A stretch of DNA of 64,000 nt from Candidatus Cloacimonadales bacterium (GCA_963678315.1 OY782781.1:1248001-1312000); one strand, 5' to 3'; numbered from the stretch's first letter, positions 18,422 to 28,664 are shown. Made by a program: numbers and translations. The notes: generated by a model not told the origin, from the sequence alone.

Positions 18422-19771
18422 ATGATTATTGATTTAACAATGGAGAATGTTTTTTCAATAGGTAAAGAACAGAAATTCAGTTTTGAAGCATATGAACCAG
18501 CTGATAATGGTTATGAAGAACATTATATCTGTAAAATACCCAAAAGAGGAGAATATAAAAAAGAGGAAGATAGAAATTACAGATTGTTAAAAGTAGCACT
18601 ATTATTAGGAGCTAATGCTTCAGGAAAATCTAACATACTAAAATCATTTGATTTATTAAATGAAATCATGCTCAAGACAAGAAATAGAAATGAGAAATTC
18701 AATTATGAACCATTTCTTTTAAATCCTAAGATGGAAGAAGTAGCTTCTAAATTATGTTTGAACTTTTTGCTAGAAGATGATGATGGACAATACTCACGGT
18801 ATAAATATCTTATTGAGTTCACGAAAAATGAGATCTTACGAGAGCGCTTAGATAAATATCTATCAAGTCAACCTTCACTAGTATTTGAACGAGTAAGTGA
18901 TGAGGATAATGCGCGAGGTTTTAGGGTTGAGTATGGCAAAAAATTTAAGCCAAATCAGATTGAGACAATGACTATTGAAGCTAACACTCTTCCCAATAAT
19001 TCAATAATATCGATTTTTAATAAAAGCAATCCCTTATTTAATGAGTTAAAAAAAGTATATGGTTGGGGTAAAAAATCTTTTACAATGATAATAGCACCTA
19101 ATACTAATACAACCAGATATACAAATAGATTATTGGCAAGTGAAAGAAAACTAAGAGATTTAGGGAAATCTGTTTTAATTAATGCTGATTTTAACATCTC
19201 AAATATTGATATTGATGTACAAGAGATAGAATTAAATGATAAAGAAAAAAAATTACTAAAAACACTATCTGAAAAAGCTGAAGAAAATATATCTATTGAT
19301 GATTTAAAGAGAAGGTTTTATGACTTGAAACTGACTCATAAAGTACAGATTGATGGTGAGGAAGTTGAAAGAGAATTTGAGGAAGACTTAGAGTCTTTGG
19401 GTACAATGAAATTTTATAGTTTACTGGGTCCATATTTTTCTGCATTTAAGATAAATAGATTGATGATGATTGATGAAATTGAAACGTCACTTCATTGGGA
19501 ACTTCAAAAGAGTTTAATAACTTTATTTCTGATTAATTCAAAAAAGTCTCAACTTATATTTGCAACTCACAATCCTCTTTATTTAATGTGGGATATTATT
19601 AGAGCTGATTCTATCTATTTCACAGAAAAAAAAGATAATGGTGAGACTGATTTATACTCCTTAGTAGATTTTAATAATATAAATAGAGAAAATATATTCA
19701 AGAAGTACTTAATTGGCAATTATGGAGCTGTTCCTAATATAAATGAATATGACTTAGATTTAAAATTGTAG
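18422..19771 (+). CDS. RloA-like/AAA_21 ABC-type ATPase
   Basis: Walker A GANASGKS, ESLGT signature, Walker B MMIDEIETSLH, QLIFATH, C-terminal YLIGNYGAVP; ATG 18422 follows GAGG. Confidence 0.85.
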   Translation: MIIDLTMENVFSIGKEQKFSFEAYEPADNGYEEHYICKIPKRGEYKKEEDRNYRLLKVALLLGANASGKSNILKSFDLLNEIMLKTRNRNEKFNYEPFLLNPKMEEVASKLCLNFLLEDDDGQYSRYKYLIEFTKNEILRERLDKYLSSQPSLVFERVSDEDNARGFRVEYGKKFKPNQIETMTIEANTLPNNSIISIFNKSNPLFNELKKVYGWGKKSFTMIIAPNTNTTRYTNRLLASERKLRDLGKSVLINADFNISNIDIDVQEIELNDKEKKLLKTLSEKAEENISIDDLKRRFYDLKLTHKVQIDGEEVEREFEEDLESLGTMKFYSLLGPYFSAFKINRLMMIDEIETSLHWELQKSLITLFLINSKKSQLIFATHNPLYLMWDIIRADSIYFTEKKDNGETDLYSLVDFNNINRENIFKKYLIGNYGAVPNINEYDLDLKL

Positions 19772-19778
19772 GTATTAT

Positions 19779-20465
19779 ATGGGCAGAAATAGGATAAAAA
19801 GAGCTGAACGTAAGGGAAAATCCAAAAAAAATAAGTCCTTTCAAAATAGTGAATTTGATGGAAAAGGAGCAAGGAAGGATAGGCATCAAATAATCATATT
19901 TTGTGAAGGTCCAACAGAGCAAGAGTATTTTAAACAATTGAAAGAATATGAAGATCTTTGTAATATATACATTGAACCAGATATAAAAGCTGGATCTGAT
20001 TGGGAAAAGATATTTAATAGACTTAATAACTCATATATAGATGATGTATCATGTAGTTTCTATTGTGTCCTAGATTTAGACCAGCAAATTAATCAAGATA
20101 AAATGCCTGAATACTTAACTAAAAAAGGTAAACTACCGATACCCATAGAAAATGTAATTGAAACTTATATGTGCTTTGAAACATGGATTTTAATGCATTA
20201 TAAAGATAATCCTAAATCGGGAACATACTGTAGAACATCAGTAGATGAATTAAAAAAAATTGAAGGGTTTGGCAACTATATAAAAGGTGATAAATTTAAC
20301 AGTATATACTCTATTTTAAAAGATAATCAAAAAAAAGCATGTACCAATGCTGAACGTTTAGAACTTAAAAGAAATAAAGACATAAAAAAAGGGATTTATA
20401 AAGAGAAAGAGTGTCGTTTAGTTTATTCAAGTATGTGGAGATTAATTAAGGAGTTGTTAAAATAA
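19779..20465 (+). CDS. RloB family (AbiLii-like, TOPRIM-like) protein
   Basis: IFCEGPTEQEYF, CVLDLD and CFETWILMHY motifs; directly downstream of the ATPase. Confidence 0.85.
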   Translation: MGRNRIKRAERKGKSKKNKSFQNSEFDGKGARKDRHQIIIFCEGPTEQEYFKQLKEYEDLCNIYIEPDIKAGSDWEKIFNRLNNSYIDDVSCSFYCVLDLDQQINQDKMPEYLTKKGKLPIPIENVIETYMCFETWILMHYKDNPKSGTYCRTSVDELKKIEGFGNYIKGDKFNSIYSILKDNQKKACTNAERLELKRNKDIKKGIYKEKECRLVYSSMWRLIKELLK

Positions 20466-20762
20466 TTAATAAAGTGTAAATGCCCGACAATTCTAAAGAT
20501 GAAATTTTTCTAGCTTATTCTTACATACAGTATTACAATCCAAATAATTAAAAATAAGCCAATATGACAATTTAAGCAGTCGCTAAAATACACAGTATGA
20601 CTGTTAGAGTTGTCGTTTATATTTTAGAATATTGGAAATATAATTCCACTCTTCTTGATAGGCTTTTTGTATTAGGCAATTTATCTTTAGTACATAATAG
20701 TTATATGGACCGGAGCTCGCCTGAACTGTTATCAAGATGAAACACATGTATATGGCTAGCTC

Positions 20763-21503
20763 TTATAACAGAACACCTTCTACTAGAGCGTAAGCAAGTA
20801 TCGCTATTACAACAAGGATAATTATAGATCCGTACATTAGCACATAAGAGATGATTGCTTTGAGATAAGACCACACACTTTTTGCATTATAGAATTGTCC
20901 AATAGCCCAAGTAATGTAGACAAGTCCAATGCCATGAATGAAACTTCTCAGTTCTACTTTAAAGATATTTGAGCCTAAGCTTAGTATGGATTCCATTAAA
21001 GTGGAGTAGGCTACAGCGTAGATGTATAACACTAAAGTTTCATAATAGTTGTATTTTGTCTTTCTAAAGAGTAATCTTAGCCAAAAAGAAGAAATTAAAG
21101 CTAAGACTAGGTTCATATATCCATAGTTTTGCTCAAGCCAATTCAAAGCCTTTTTAACTACCTCAAATTGATTGTCTTCAAGTATAAAATCATTGCTTAA
21201 AGTTGTATTCTGAGAAATTATGGTATATATAAGAGAGCAAAAGAAAAGAAATATTATTGGCTTTTGAAGCTTTGTCCTGTCAGTAGTGATATAATTATTG
21301 ATAGCCTTACCAGGTCTAATACTCAGTTCTCTTATTGTGTAAAGTAAACCACTATCTTGATTAAATAGCTGACTAAACTCCTTAAAGATGAACTTACTAT
21401 TTATTCGCTCCAATTTAGCAGGAGTTCCACACTTTGGGCAAAAATTCTGTTCTACTTCTTCTGCACATTTTCTACAAATCATCTTAGATCTTTCATTCTT
21501 CAT
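20763..21503 (-). CDS. DUF3667-like membrane protein with N-terminal zinc ribbon
   Basis: CRKC...FCPKCG, LYTIRELSIRPG, multiple TMs, YNYYE motif. Confidence 0.75.
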   Translation of the reverse strand: MKNERSKMICRKCAEEVEQNFCPKCGTPAKLERINSKFIFKEFSQLFNQDSGLLYTIRELSIRPGKAINNYITTDRTKLQKPIIFLFFCSLIYTIISQNTTLSNDFILEDNQFEVVKKALNWLEQNYGYMNLVLALISSFWLRLLFRKTKYNYYETLVLYIYAVAYSTLMESILSLGSNIFKVELRSFIHGIGLVYITWAIGQFYNAKSVWSYLKAIISYVLMYGSIIILVVIAILAYALVEGVLL

Positions 21504-21667
21504 TTGTGTAAGTTTATCAATTCAGAAAAAATAAACTAATAAAGCTTCTCTTTTATAAGTCAAGCAAAAAAGAAACTCTTTATATATTCACCCTTAACTT
21601 TTTACCCTTAATCCTTCTTTATCAGTGTTTTTATCTTTCACTTTTCATTTTTCATTTTTCATTATGC

Positions 21668-21969
21668 CGTCCCTTCGGGACTAAATAGCAAATAAGTCAA
21701 CTATCCACGAATTGCACTAATAAACACGAATAAAGGAATATCAAAAACATATTTAACACAAAGACACAAAAAAACACTAAAGAACAAAATCCAGTTCCTA
21801 AACAATTAAACTCTTCAAGCTCTAAACTCTTAAACATTCTTATCATTTTAATCTGTTTAATCAGTGTTTTCAGTGTTCTATAGTCTTTCTCTTTTCATCT
21901 TTAATTTTTAATTATTAATTTATAAATGGCATCCCCGACGTGATTCGAACATGTGGCCTTTGTTCCGGA
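21668..21969. repeat. About 300-bp direct repeat of the tRNA-Arg 3' half and its downstream flank
   Basis: Close match to 28389-28708 by eye; one indel-rich patch near 21880-21910. Confidence 0.9.
21927..21969 (-). pseudogene. tRNA-Arg(CCG) 3'-half fragment (attR-like)
   Basis: TGGCATCCCCGACGTGATTCGAACATGTGGCCTTTGTTCCGGA; similarity to the tRNA ends at the anticodon loop. Confidence 0.85.
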
Positions 21970-22210
21970 ATAAGCCAGTATTTTCTATCATGTTTATTGG
22001 TAATATTTTAGGAAAGGAGATAATCTATTGCATGACGTGAGAAGGACGTGAGGGAGGTCTGGATTGGGATGTTTTTTTTGTTTGAAAAGAGATAAAACTT
22101 ATTGTAATTTTATATAAAATATCAATGATGTACTCCACTCTTCTTGAGAGGGGTCTTGTATTGGATTCTTTTAATGAAGAGGGTTAATCTTTAGCTAAAT
22201 ACTTTTTTAG

Positions 22211-22241
22211 AAAAAAGAGTCTTGAACAAATCAAGACTCTT
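22211..22241 (-). terminator. Terminator of amt
   Basis: AAAAAAGAGTCTTGA-ACAAA-TCAAGACTCTT (U tract on the minus strand). Confidence 0.7.
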
Positions 22242-22279
22242 AATGTTTTAACTATAATAGATTTTGTTAAATTACTGGT

Positions 22280-23482
22280 TTAAGCGTATGCGTCTTCGCT
22301 ATGAAGGGCTTTATCAAGTCCATCTTTTTCATGTTCTTCAGAAACACGAACGCATACAATTTTATTAATTACCCATAACATAGCATAAGTAAATAGATAA
22401 GCATAAATAGCACAACCGATAGTTGTTACAACTTGTTTGAAGAAGAAGCTAGTTTCTCCGTAGATAAGTCCATCTCCAGTGGCGGGGTTAAGAGCTGAAC
22501 TTGAAAAAACACCTAGGAGAATGGTTCCGATAAAACCACCCATTCCATGTACTCCCCAAACATCGAGAGCATCGTCCCATTTAAGCTTATTTTTGAGAGC
22601 AACAGCATAATAGCAACCTACACCAGAAGCGACACCAATAATAGCTGCAGCCCAAACTGGTACAAATCCAGCAGCAGGAGTAATGGTAGCAAGTCCTGCT
22701 ACGGCACCAGTCATTAAGCCGACAAACTTAGGTTTTCTTTCTTTTCTCCACTCGATTATAAGCCAGGTAACAGTTGCGAATGAAGCAGCAATGTCTGTGT
22801 TAAGAAAAGCTTGAGCAGTAATGTGGTCAACTTGAAGCTCACTTCCAGCATTGAAACCGTACCAACCAAACCATAGCAATCCAGTACCTATAGCAACTAA
22901 AGGAATACTATTGGGTTTTGGATTTTTATTCTTTCTTTCTCCAACAAAGATAACTGAGGCTAAAGCAGCAAAACCAGCAGTTACATGAACTACAATTCCA
23001 CCAGCAAAGTCTCTAACTCCCCATTCAGCTAATATTCCTCCACCCCAAACCATGTGTACGAATGGGTAATAGACAAATATCTGCCAAGCTATTAAGAAAA
23101 GGATATAGGCTTTAAATGAAACTCTGCCAGTGAAGGCACCAGTAATAAGTGCTGGTGTAATGATGGCAAACATCATTTGATACGCTATGAATACAAATTC
23201 GGGAATCAAACCATCACCAAATGGTGTGGTTGCACTAACTCCCATTAGGAACATCTTATCTAGATTTCCAATGATAGCTCCATCTCCACTAAAGCAAAGT
23301 GAATATCCCACAGTAAACCATAGTATTGTGGTAATTCCTAGTGAAACGAAGCTTTGAATCATGATGCCGAGGATGTTTCGCTTAGAAGCTAATCCTCCAT
23401 AAAAGAATGCTAATCCTGGAGTCATTAGCATAACTAAACTAGTAGCTACAAGCATAAAGCCTGTTGAGCCTGTGTTGAACAT
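22280..23482 (-). CDS. amt: Ammonium transporter (Amt family)
   Basis: LMTPGLAFFYGG, DFAGGIVVH, LWFGWYGFNAGS, GLATITPAAG, DDALDVWGVHG (twin His); ATG 23482 follows GGAGG. Confidence 0.95.
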   Translation of the reverse strand: MFNTGSTGFMLVATSLVMLMTPGLAFFYGGLASKRNILGIMIQSFVSLGITTILWFTVGYSLCFSGDGAIIGNLDKMFLMGVSATTPFGDGLIPEFVFIAYQMMFAIITPALITGAFTGRVSFKAYILFLIAWQIFVYYPFVHMVWGGGILAEWGVRDFAGGIVVHVTAGFAALASVIFVGERKNKNPKPNSIPLVAIGTGLLWFGWYGFNAGSELQVDHITAQAFLNTDIAASFATVTWLIIEWRKERKPKFVGLMTGAVAGLATITPAAGFVPVWAAAIIGVASGVGCYYAVALKNKLKWDDALDVWGVHGMGGFIGTILLGVFSSSALNPATGDGLIYGETSFFFKQVVTTIGCAIYAYLFTYAMLWVINKIVCVRVSEEHEKDGLDKALHSEDAYA

Positions 23483-23898
23483 ATGTTCCTCCAATTATTA
23501 TAACCTAGAATAGTATCATATCTCTTCAATTAACCTTAATGATGCCATAGACTTTTTTTGAAGAGTAAAATTCTAGTTAAAGAATATATAGTTATTCATT
23601 AAATTCTATTGCACTATTTAATTTTAGAAGAGATTCAAATAATAACATAGTTCTTAAAGTAATCATTTTCATCAAAAGGAATTGCTCTTTGGCTCGACTT
23701 ATGACTAGGAAAACTACCGCTAAACTCTGCCATTGTTCTATCTTGCGAAAATACAGATTCTAAGTGCTTTAACTATGCTTTACTAACTTTGGTGCATAGT
23801 TATCAGCTCCAGACATAATTTTTACTTGCCAGAAAAAGTCAAGAGATAGATTTTTGTATTAACTATTCTAGATTTTGTAAAAAATAATTGAGAGGATT

Positions 23899-25734
23899 AT
23901 GAATTTACAGCATATGAAAATGCAAATTCTGGAACTAGGATTACTTATCTTATCTGCTTATATATTCGGACTTATTGCTCGAAAAGTTAAGGTTGGAGAA
24001 GTGATAGGACAAATCTTTGGCGGGATTATTGTCGGACCACACTTCTTAGAACTTATACATAAAGTGTTAGAAAAGTTTTCCTCTTTGCATAATTTTAAGA
24101 TACTTAAACCTATCTATCATTTTTACAATTCTGAATTTCAAGAATATAGTGAAATTCTTGAAAGTTACCACTTCTTTGTATTTCTTTTCTTAGGAATGAT
24201 TGCCTTTTCATTAGGAGAAGAGCTACATAGAGATAGATTACGTCAAGTTGGATTCAAAGCTGTCCTAATATGCCTGATTCAAGGGGCTTTAACCTTTGCA
24301 ATAATATCAGTAGGTTTTAGATATGTTTTCCATTTTGAATGGATAAACTCTCTGATAATCGGGTCAATCGGAATAGCAACTGCTCCAGCCTTAACGTTTA
24401 TCTTAATGTCTAAGTTGAAAATTACTGGATCTTTGAAGAATATTCTCGCAAATATAGTTGTTCTTGATGATATCATGGAAGTTGTCTTCTTTTCAGTATT
24501 TTTAGGCATTGCAACTGCAAAGCAAAATGGTGAGCACTTAGCAGTCGGTCACCTCGCAATGCATGTTGGAATGGAATTACTATTAGCAACTATAATTGGC
24601 TTAGTAATTTTCTTGGTGTTTAAATTTACTGTAAAAGAGAGAGCCTCAGAAGAAGATATTAAAACTGATGATAGCTCATTTTTATCGACTGTGTTATCTG
24701 ATCATCCAACACCATCAGTTGAGATTATGTTAATTATGGTAGGTGTTATTGCAATAGGTATATCTATCGCTATACATTTTAATCTACCATTCTTAATTAC
24801 AGCTGTTGTTGCAGGATTTCTTATATCCAATTTTCATCATAACGCGATCTTTGAATCACTTAAAATTGAAAATGTAATGCCTATATTCAATCTGTTGTTC
24901 TTCGCAATAATTGGAGCAAGTGTAAGAATTGATTCTTTTACTTCTGATACATTGCTTCTTGCTCTAGGGTATATTGTGCTTAGATCATTCGGTAAGCTAT
25001 TTGGTAACTGGCTAGGAGCAAAAGCAACTAAACAGGATCCAAAAATTGTAGCAGCACTGCCTAAATTAATGCTTCCACAAGCCGGAATGGCTGCTGTTGA
25101 AACTATTCTTGTTGCTACTATTCTAGCTAAAAGTGGTGGTTTTACAATCTTTAATACAGTTATACCTGCATTGATAGTTTTTGAATTAGGTGGTGCTTAC
25201 CTCTCTGAAAGAACTCTAATTAAATGGAAAAGTTGGATTGTTGGCGAGAAAGAAGCTCTGCAATCAAAAACTCCAAACAATGAATTCTCTTTAAATGAGA
25301 TGTTAGGTAACCGAGTGTTTGAAATGATGGCTACAACCAAAGATGAAGCAATCTTTGAATTAGCTCAAACAATGGTGAAGAATAACGTTATAAATGAAAC
25401 CTCAGAGATTACCTTCGCTATATCTGAAAGAGAAAAGCTAGGTAGTACAGGCATAGGCAATGGAATAGCAATACCACACTGTAGAATCTCAGGTATTGAT
25501 AAACCTGTGATTACTTGTGGTCTGCTAAAACATAGTATTGACTGGCAAGCACAAGATAAACAAGATATAAGCTTGTTATTCCTAATTCTATCTCCCGATG
25601 ATAAACCTGCTTATCACCTAAAAGCGGTTAGAACTATAGCAGCAACCATATCTAAGAATTTAGACTTAAAAGAAAAATTACTTAACGCTGTAAAAAGCAG
25701 AGATATTGAATCCTCTATTTTAGAATTGATTTAA
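23899..25734 (+). CDS. Cation:proton antiporter (CPA) fused to a C-terminal PTS EIIA (Ntr/Fru-type) domain
   Basis: GIIVGP, ATAPA, VVLDD, PQAGMA transporter motifs; EREKLGSTGIGNGIAIPH phospho-His motif. Confidence 0.9.
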   Translation: MNLQHMKMQILELGLLILSAYIFGLIARKVKVGEVIGQIFGGIIVGPHFLELIHKVLEKFSSLHNFKILKPIYHFYNSEFQEYSEILESYHFFVFLFLGMIAFSLGEELHRDRLRQVGFKAVLICLIQGALTFAIISVGFRYVFHFEWINSLIIGSIGIATAPALTFILMSKLKITGSLKNILANIVVLDDIMEVVFFSVFLGIATAKQNGEHLAVGHLAMHVGMELLLATIIGLVIFLVFKFTVKERASEEDIKTDDSSFLSTVLSDHPTPSVEIMLIMVGVIAIGISIAIHFNLPFLITAVVAGFLISNFHHNAIFESLKIENVMPIFNLLFFAIIGASVRIDSFTSDTLLLALGYIVLRSFGKLFGNWLGAKATKQDPKIVAALPKLMLPQAGMAAVETILVATILAKSGGFTIFNTVIPALIVFELGGAYLSERTLIKWKSWIVGEKEALQSKTPNNEFSLNEMLGNRVFEMMATTKDEAIFELAQTMVKNNVINETSEITFAISEREKLGSTGIGNGIAIPHCRISGIDKPVITCGLLKHSIDWQAQDKQDISLLFLILSPDDKPAYHLKAVRTIAATISKNLDLKEKLLNAVKSRDIESSILELI

Positions 25735-25751
25735 TTAATCTCAGAAATATT

Positions 25752-25787
25752 AGCAAGGTCTAAAGCAAAGTAGACCTTGCTTATTTT
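25752..25787 (+). terminator. Terminator after the antiporter
   Basis: AGCAAGGTCTA...TAGACCTTGCT plus TATTTT. Confidence 0.6.
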
Positions 25788-25902
25788 ACTGGACTTATTC
25801 ATCTCTCCATAGATAATAGGTAGATTACCTTTTCTAATTTGACACAGGCTTTTTAACAATATTATAGAATTAGTAAATGTAAGATAATAAAATGGAGTAC
25901 TT

Positions 25903-26208
25903 ATGAAGTTACCAAAAATAGAAATTAATGAGCATGATCTACATGAAATTATTAAAGATTATGAGGTTGAAGAGTTTTATCTCTTTGGTTCAATATTACG
26001 GGAAGATTTCACTAAGGATAGTGATGTTGATGTTTTAATTTCTTTTAAGCAAAACTCTAATTACTCTCTATTTGATATTATGGATTTGCAAGAAAGACTG
26101 GAAAAGTACTTCAATAAAAAAGTTGATTTAGTGGAGAAAGAAGGGCTTAAAAATCCATACCGAAGAAAAGAGATTTTATCTACTGCTAGAAGGGTTTATG
26201 TTAATTAG
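25903..26208 (+). CDS. Minimal nucleotidyltransferase (MNT antitoxin)
   Basis: LFGSILREDF...SDVDVL, KVDLV, LKNPY; 101 aa. Confidence 0.9.
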   Translation: MKLPKIEINEHDLHEIIKDYEVEEFYLFGSILREDFTKDSDVDVLISFKQNSNYSLFDIMDLQERLEKYFNKKVDLVEKEGLKNPYRRKEILSTARRVYVN

Positions 26209-26233
26209 TGACAAAGATAAGGTTTAATATAAG

Positions 26234-26385
26234 CTATTTCTCTTTCAGAACATAATAGGTAGATGAATCAGAACGCTTTCGAACTATAAGTCCCTCATCA
26301 GTCATTTCAGTAAGAATATGATATGTCTCTGTATTGTCTAGATCAACTAGTGAGCATGCATCTATAATTGTTATTTTTGTTATTT
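26234..26385 (-). pseudogene. Remnant of a winged-HTH C-terminus
   Basis: Translation KITIIDACSLVDLDNTETYHILTEMTDEGLIVRKRSDSSTYYVLKEK* with no upstream start. Confidence 0.5.
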
Positions 26386-26559
26386 TATTGATATTCAATC
26401 AATTACAGCAAGCCAGAAAGATTAGTAATAATGACCCTATAGATTAGGAAAAAGGTGATTTATGAATATATAGCAAAAGTCACCCAATAGGTGACCTTTC
26501 CAATATAATTTATTTATAGATCTATAAATAAATATTTTATTAAAGTTCTTATTTATCAT

Positions 26560-26919
26560 CTAAACGTAGTTTCTTACAAATTCGTAGTAACCTCTTCTAC
26601 CATCACTTGAATGTAACTTTACTGATTTCTTTACTTTTTCAAGACATTTCACATAATCTTTTAGTGTGATCTGTTTGGTTTCATCTATTCTCTCTTTTCC
26701 TAATACCACGCAATGATCTATAACATTTTTAGTATCTAAATCTTCTATAACTTTTTCATTACGAGCATAGCCATACTCTTTTTTAATTGCAATTATAGCA
26801 TTATCCAAAGCGAAAACCATTTTTATATCAGTTAACTCTTCATTAAATTCATATATTACTTTTAGTCCATGTTCAATGTTATTAAGTATATCTAAGTATT
26901 TATCTGTAAAATTTACCAT
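26560..26919 (-). CDS. Hypothetical protein
   Basis: 119-aa ORF with GGAG RBS; C-terminal GRRGYYEFVRNYV. Confidence 0.7.
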   Translation of the reverse strand: MVNFTDKYLDILNNIEHGLKVIYEFNEELTDIKMVFALDNAIIAIKKEYGYARNEKVIEDLDTKNVIDHCVVLGKERIDETKQITLKDYVKCLEKVKKSVKLHSSDGRRGYYEFVRNYV

Positions 26920-26962
26920 TGTTTTATCTCCATTTTATATTTAAATTATTTACTATCTCTTC

Positions 26963-27260
26963 CTAAGGCACATAATAAGTAGACCTAGCTCACCCTTTTT
27001 TAACTATAAGGTCCTCTTGATTCCTTTGAACAAGAATATTTTATGTCTTGGAGTTATCAAGACTAATTATGCTACTAGCTTCTTTTCTTGTTATTTTATT
27101 ATTATCTAGAATATAAAAATAAACGTTTTTTGCTGTTCACTTAATCGTTCGTAATCGTCCGGTCTGGTTGATTTCATTCACATATGTTTTATTGTTTTCT
27201 TTAACTGAACGATACAATCTAACTTCAAAGAAATCATTTTCTTGATAATCTCCGGTGGTC
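26963..27260 (-). pseudogene. Disrupted 3' end of an ATP-binding/wHTH regulator-type gene
   Basis: Fragments YQENDFFEVRLYR, PDDYERLSEQQK and KITRKEASSIISLDNSKT*NIL...LIVKKG*ARSTYYVP, with stops and frameshifts. Confidence 0.55.
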
Positions 27261-27297
27261 TTAATTTAAAAATGAAAAGCAAACTTTATTATTCTAT

Positions 27298-27699
27298 TTA
27301 TACAGATTTCAGAAATTCTTGAATTATCGGGGCTCTTTCAATAGCATATTCATAGCTTTCGATTACACTATTAAGTGTTTTCTCATTAGATATGGCCATA
27401 TGATATGATCTTAAGCAAACACCTTCACAGAACGACCCAATATTTATCGTCATATTTAGCTTACCAATCTTTCGATACTCACCACCTTCAGGTAAGCTCT
27501 CTTTTAGCTTACAGTATTCTTTCCAATTTTCACGAAATGCTTCTACATAATTTTGTACTCTATTCCCTGGAATACTTACAAACGTACCATTATACCTAAG
27601 ATCTGGTCCTGAAAAATAGTATGAAATTTCCCACGATTCATTAGTTACTTTTAGTTCTCCCTTAAAAGGTAATTTTTCAACGTAAGTTCCTCTTTTCAT
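27298..27699 (-). CDS. Hypothetical protein
   Basis: 133-aa ORF with strong RBS GGAGGAG. Confidence 0.7.
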   Translation of the reverse strand: MKRGTYVEKLPFKGELKVTNESWEISYYFSGPDLRYNGTFVSIPGNRVQNYVEAFRENWKEYCKLKESLPEGGEYRKIGKLNMTINIGSFCEGVCLRSYHMAISNEKTLNSVIESYEYAIERAPIIQEFLKSV

Positions 27700-27970
27700 T
27701 ACTCCTCCAATAAGTTTTTATATAGTAGATCAGAACATATTCATTAAGTCAAGAGTTATTTGCCCAAAACTCGATTGGTCAATAAGCTCTAGTGATCGAT
27801 GATTTTCGTTCGAACTAGGAGATTGCTTAGAAAAAATAATTCAAAAGTGCTTCTAATTTAAGAAAAGTGTGCACATTAAATTTATATAGGGTTTTCTTTG
27901 TTAGACTTGTCATCAGTTAAATCTATCATTATAAATTAAAAATTGTTAATTGCAAATTCGTCCCGACATC

Positions 27971-28401
27971 CCCCACGATTGAAATCATGGGCTCTGAAGA
28001 GATATGTCCTTTCAGGACAATGCAAGGTCTTTGTGTAAGCATGAACTTTCTGTTCAACCTATCGGTGGATGCTTACACTCCATTATTATCTGGTGCGCAA
28101 GCATCTTGCTTGCTATTGGATCTCTGGATGCTTACACTCCATTAGCATCAGACAGAATTTGTCTGAGCTGGACTAAAAATCTATAGTTAAAAGAGGTATA
28201 ATCGAATTGTTTCATTTTTCATTTTTAATTTGTCATTTGTTTTATCATTATGTCGTCCTATTACTTAATTCAACATTCACTTTCTATTTAAATCTATACC
28301 GTCCCTTCGGGACTCAAACCTTTTATATCATTGAACATGGGGTGCAAGACTCAGTCAAAGCCTGACACGGCCCTGGCTTAGTACATGACGTCCCTTCGGG
28401 A
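27971..28401. repeat. Mosaic of REP-like palindromes
   Basis: CCCACGATTGAAATCATGGGCT, GTCCTTTCAGGAC, a ~54-bp unit at 28029-28082, GTCCCTTCGGGAC twice; related units recur at 48.1-48.5 kb, 49.7-50.1 kb and 21669. Confidence 0.7.
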
Positions 28402-28664
28402 CTAAATAGCAAATAAGTCAACTATCCACGAATTGTACTAATAAACACGAATAAAGAATACCAAAAACATATTAAACACAAAGACATAAAAAAACACTAA
28501 AGAACAAAATCCAGACCCTAAACAATTAAACTCTTCAACATCTAAACTCTTAAACATTCTTATCATTTTAATCTGTTTAATCAGTGTTTTCAGTGTTCTT
28601 CCGTCTATGCCGGACTAAAGATTTTTCACTTTTCATTTTTAAATGTAAATTATTAATTTATAAA

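Larger units (their letters stand above)
21970..28664. mobile_element. Putative decayed genomic island integrated at tRNA-Arg(CCG); no integrase visible
   Basis: Bounded by the intact tRNA and a direct-repeat tRNA 3' fragment; contains gene remnants and an orphan antitoxin. Confidence 0.6.

Noticed and set aside
21590..21900. Short-period repeats as a possible CRISPR array
   Set aside because: No constant repeat with unique regular spacers and no cas genes; low-complexity 7-9 bp units.
23520..23830. Riboswitch or small ORF between amt and the antiporter
   Set aside because: Only a short TAACTATGC/GCATAGTTA hairpin; no aptamer consensus recognised.
28004..28186. 60-aa ORF
   Set aside because: Reads through REP-like repeat units.
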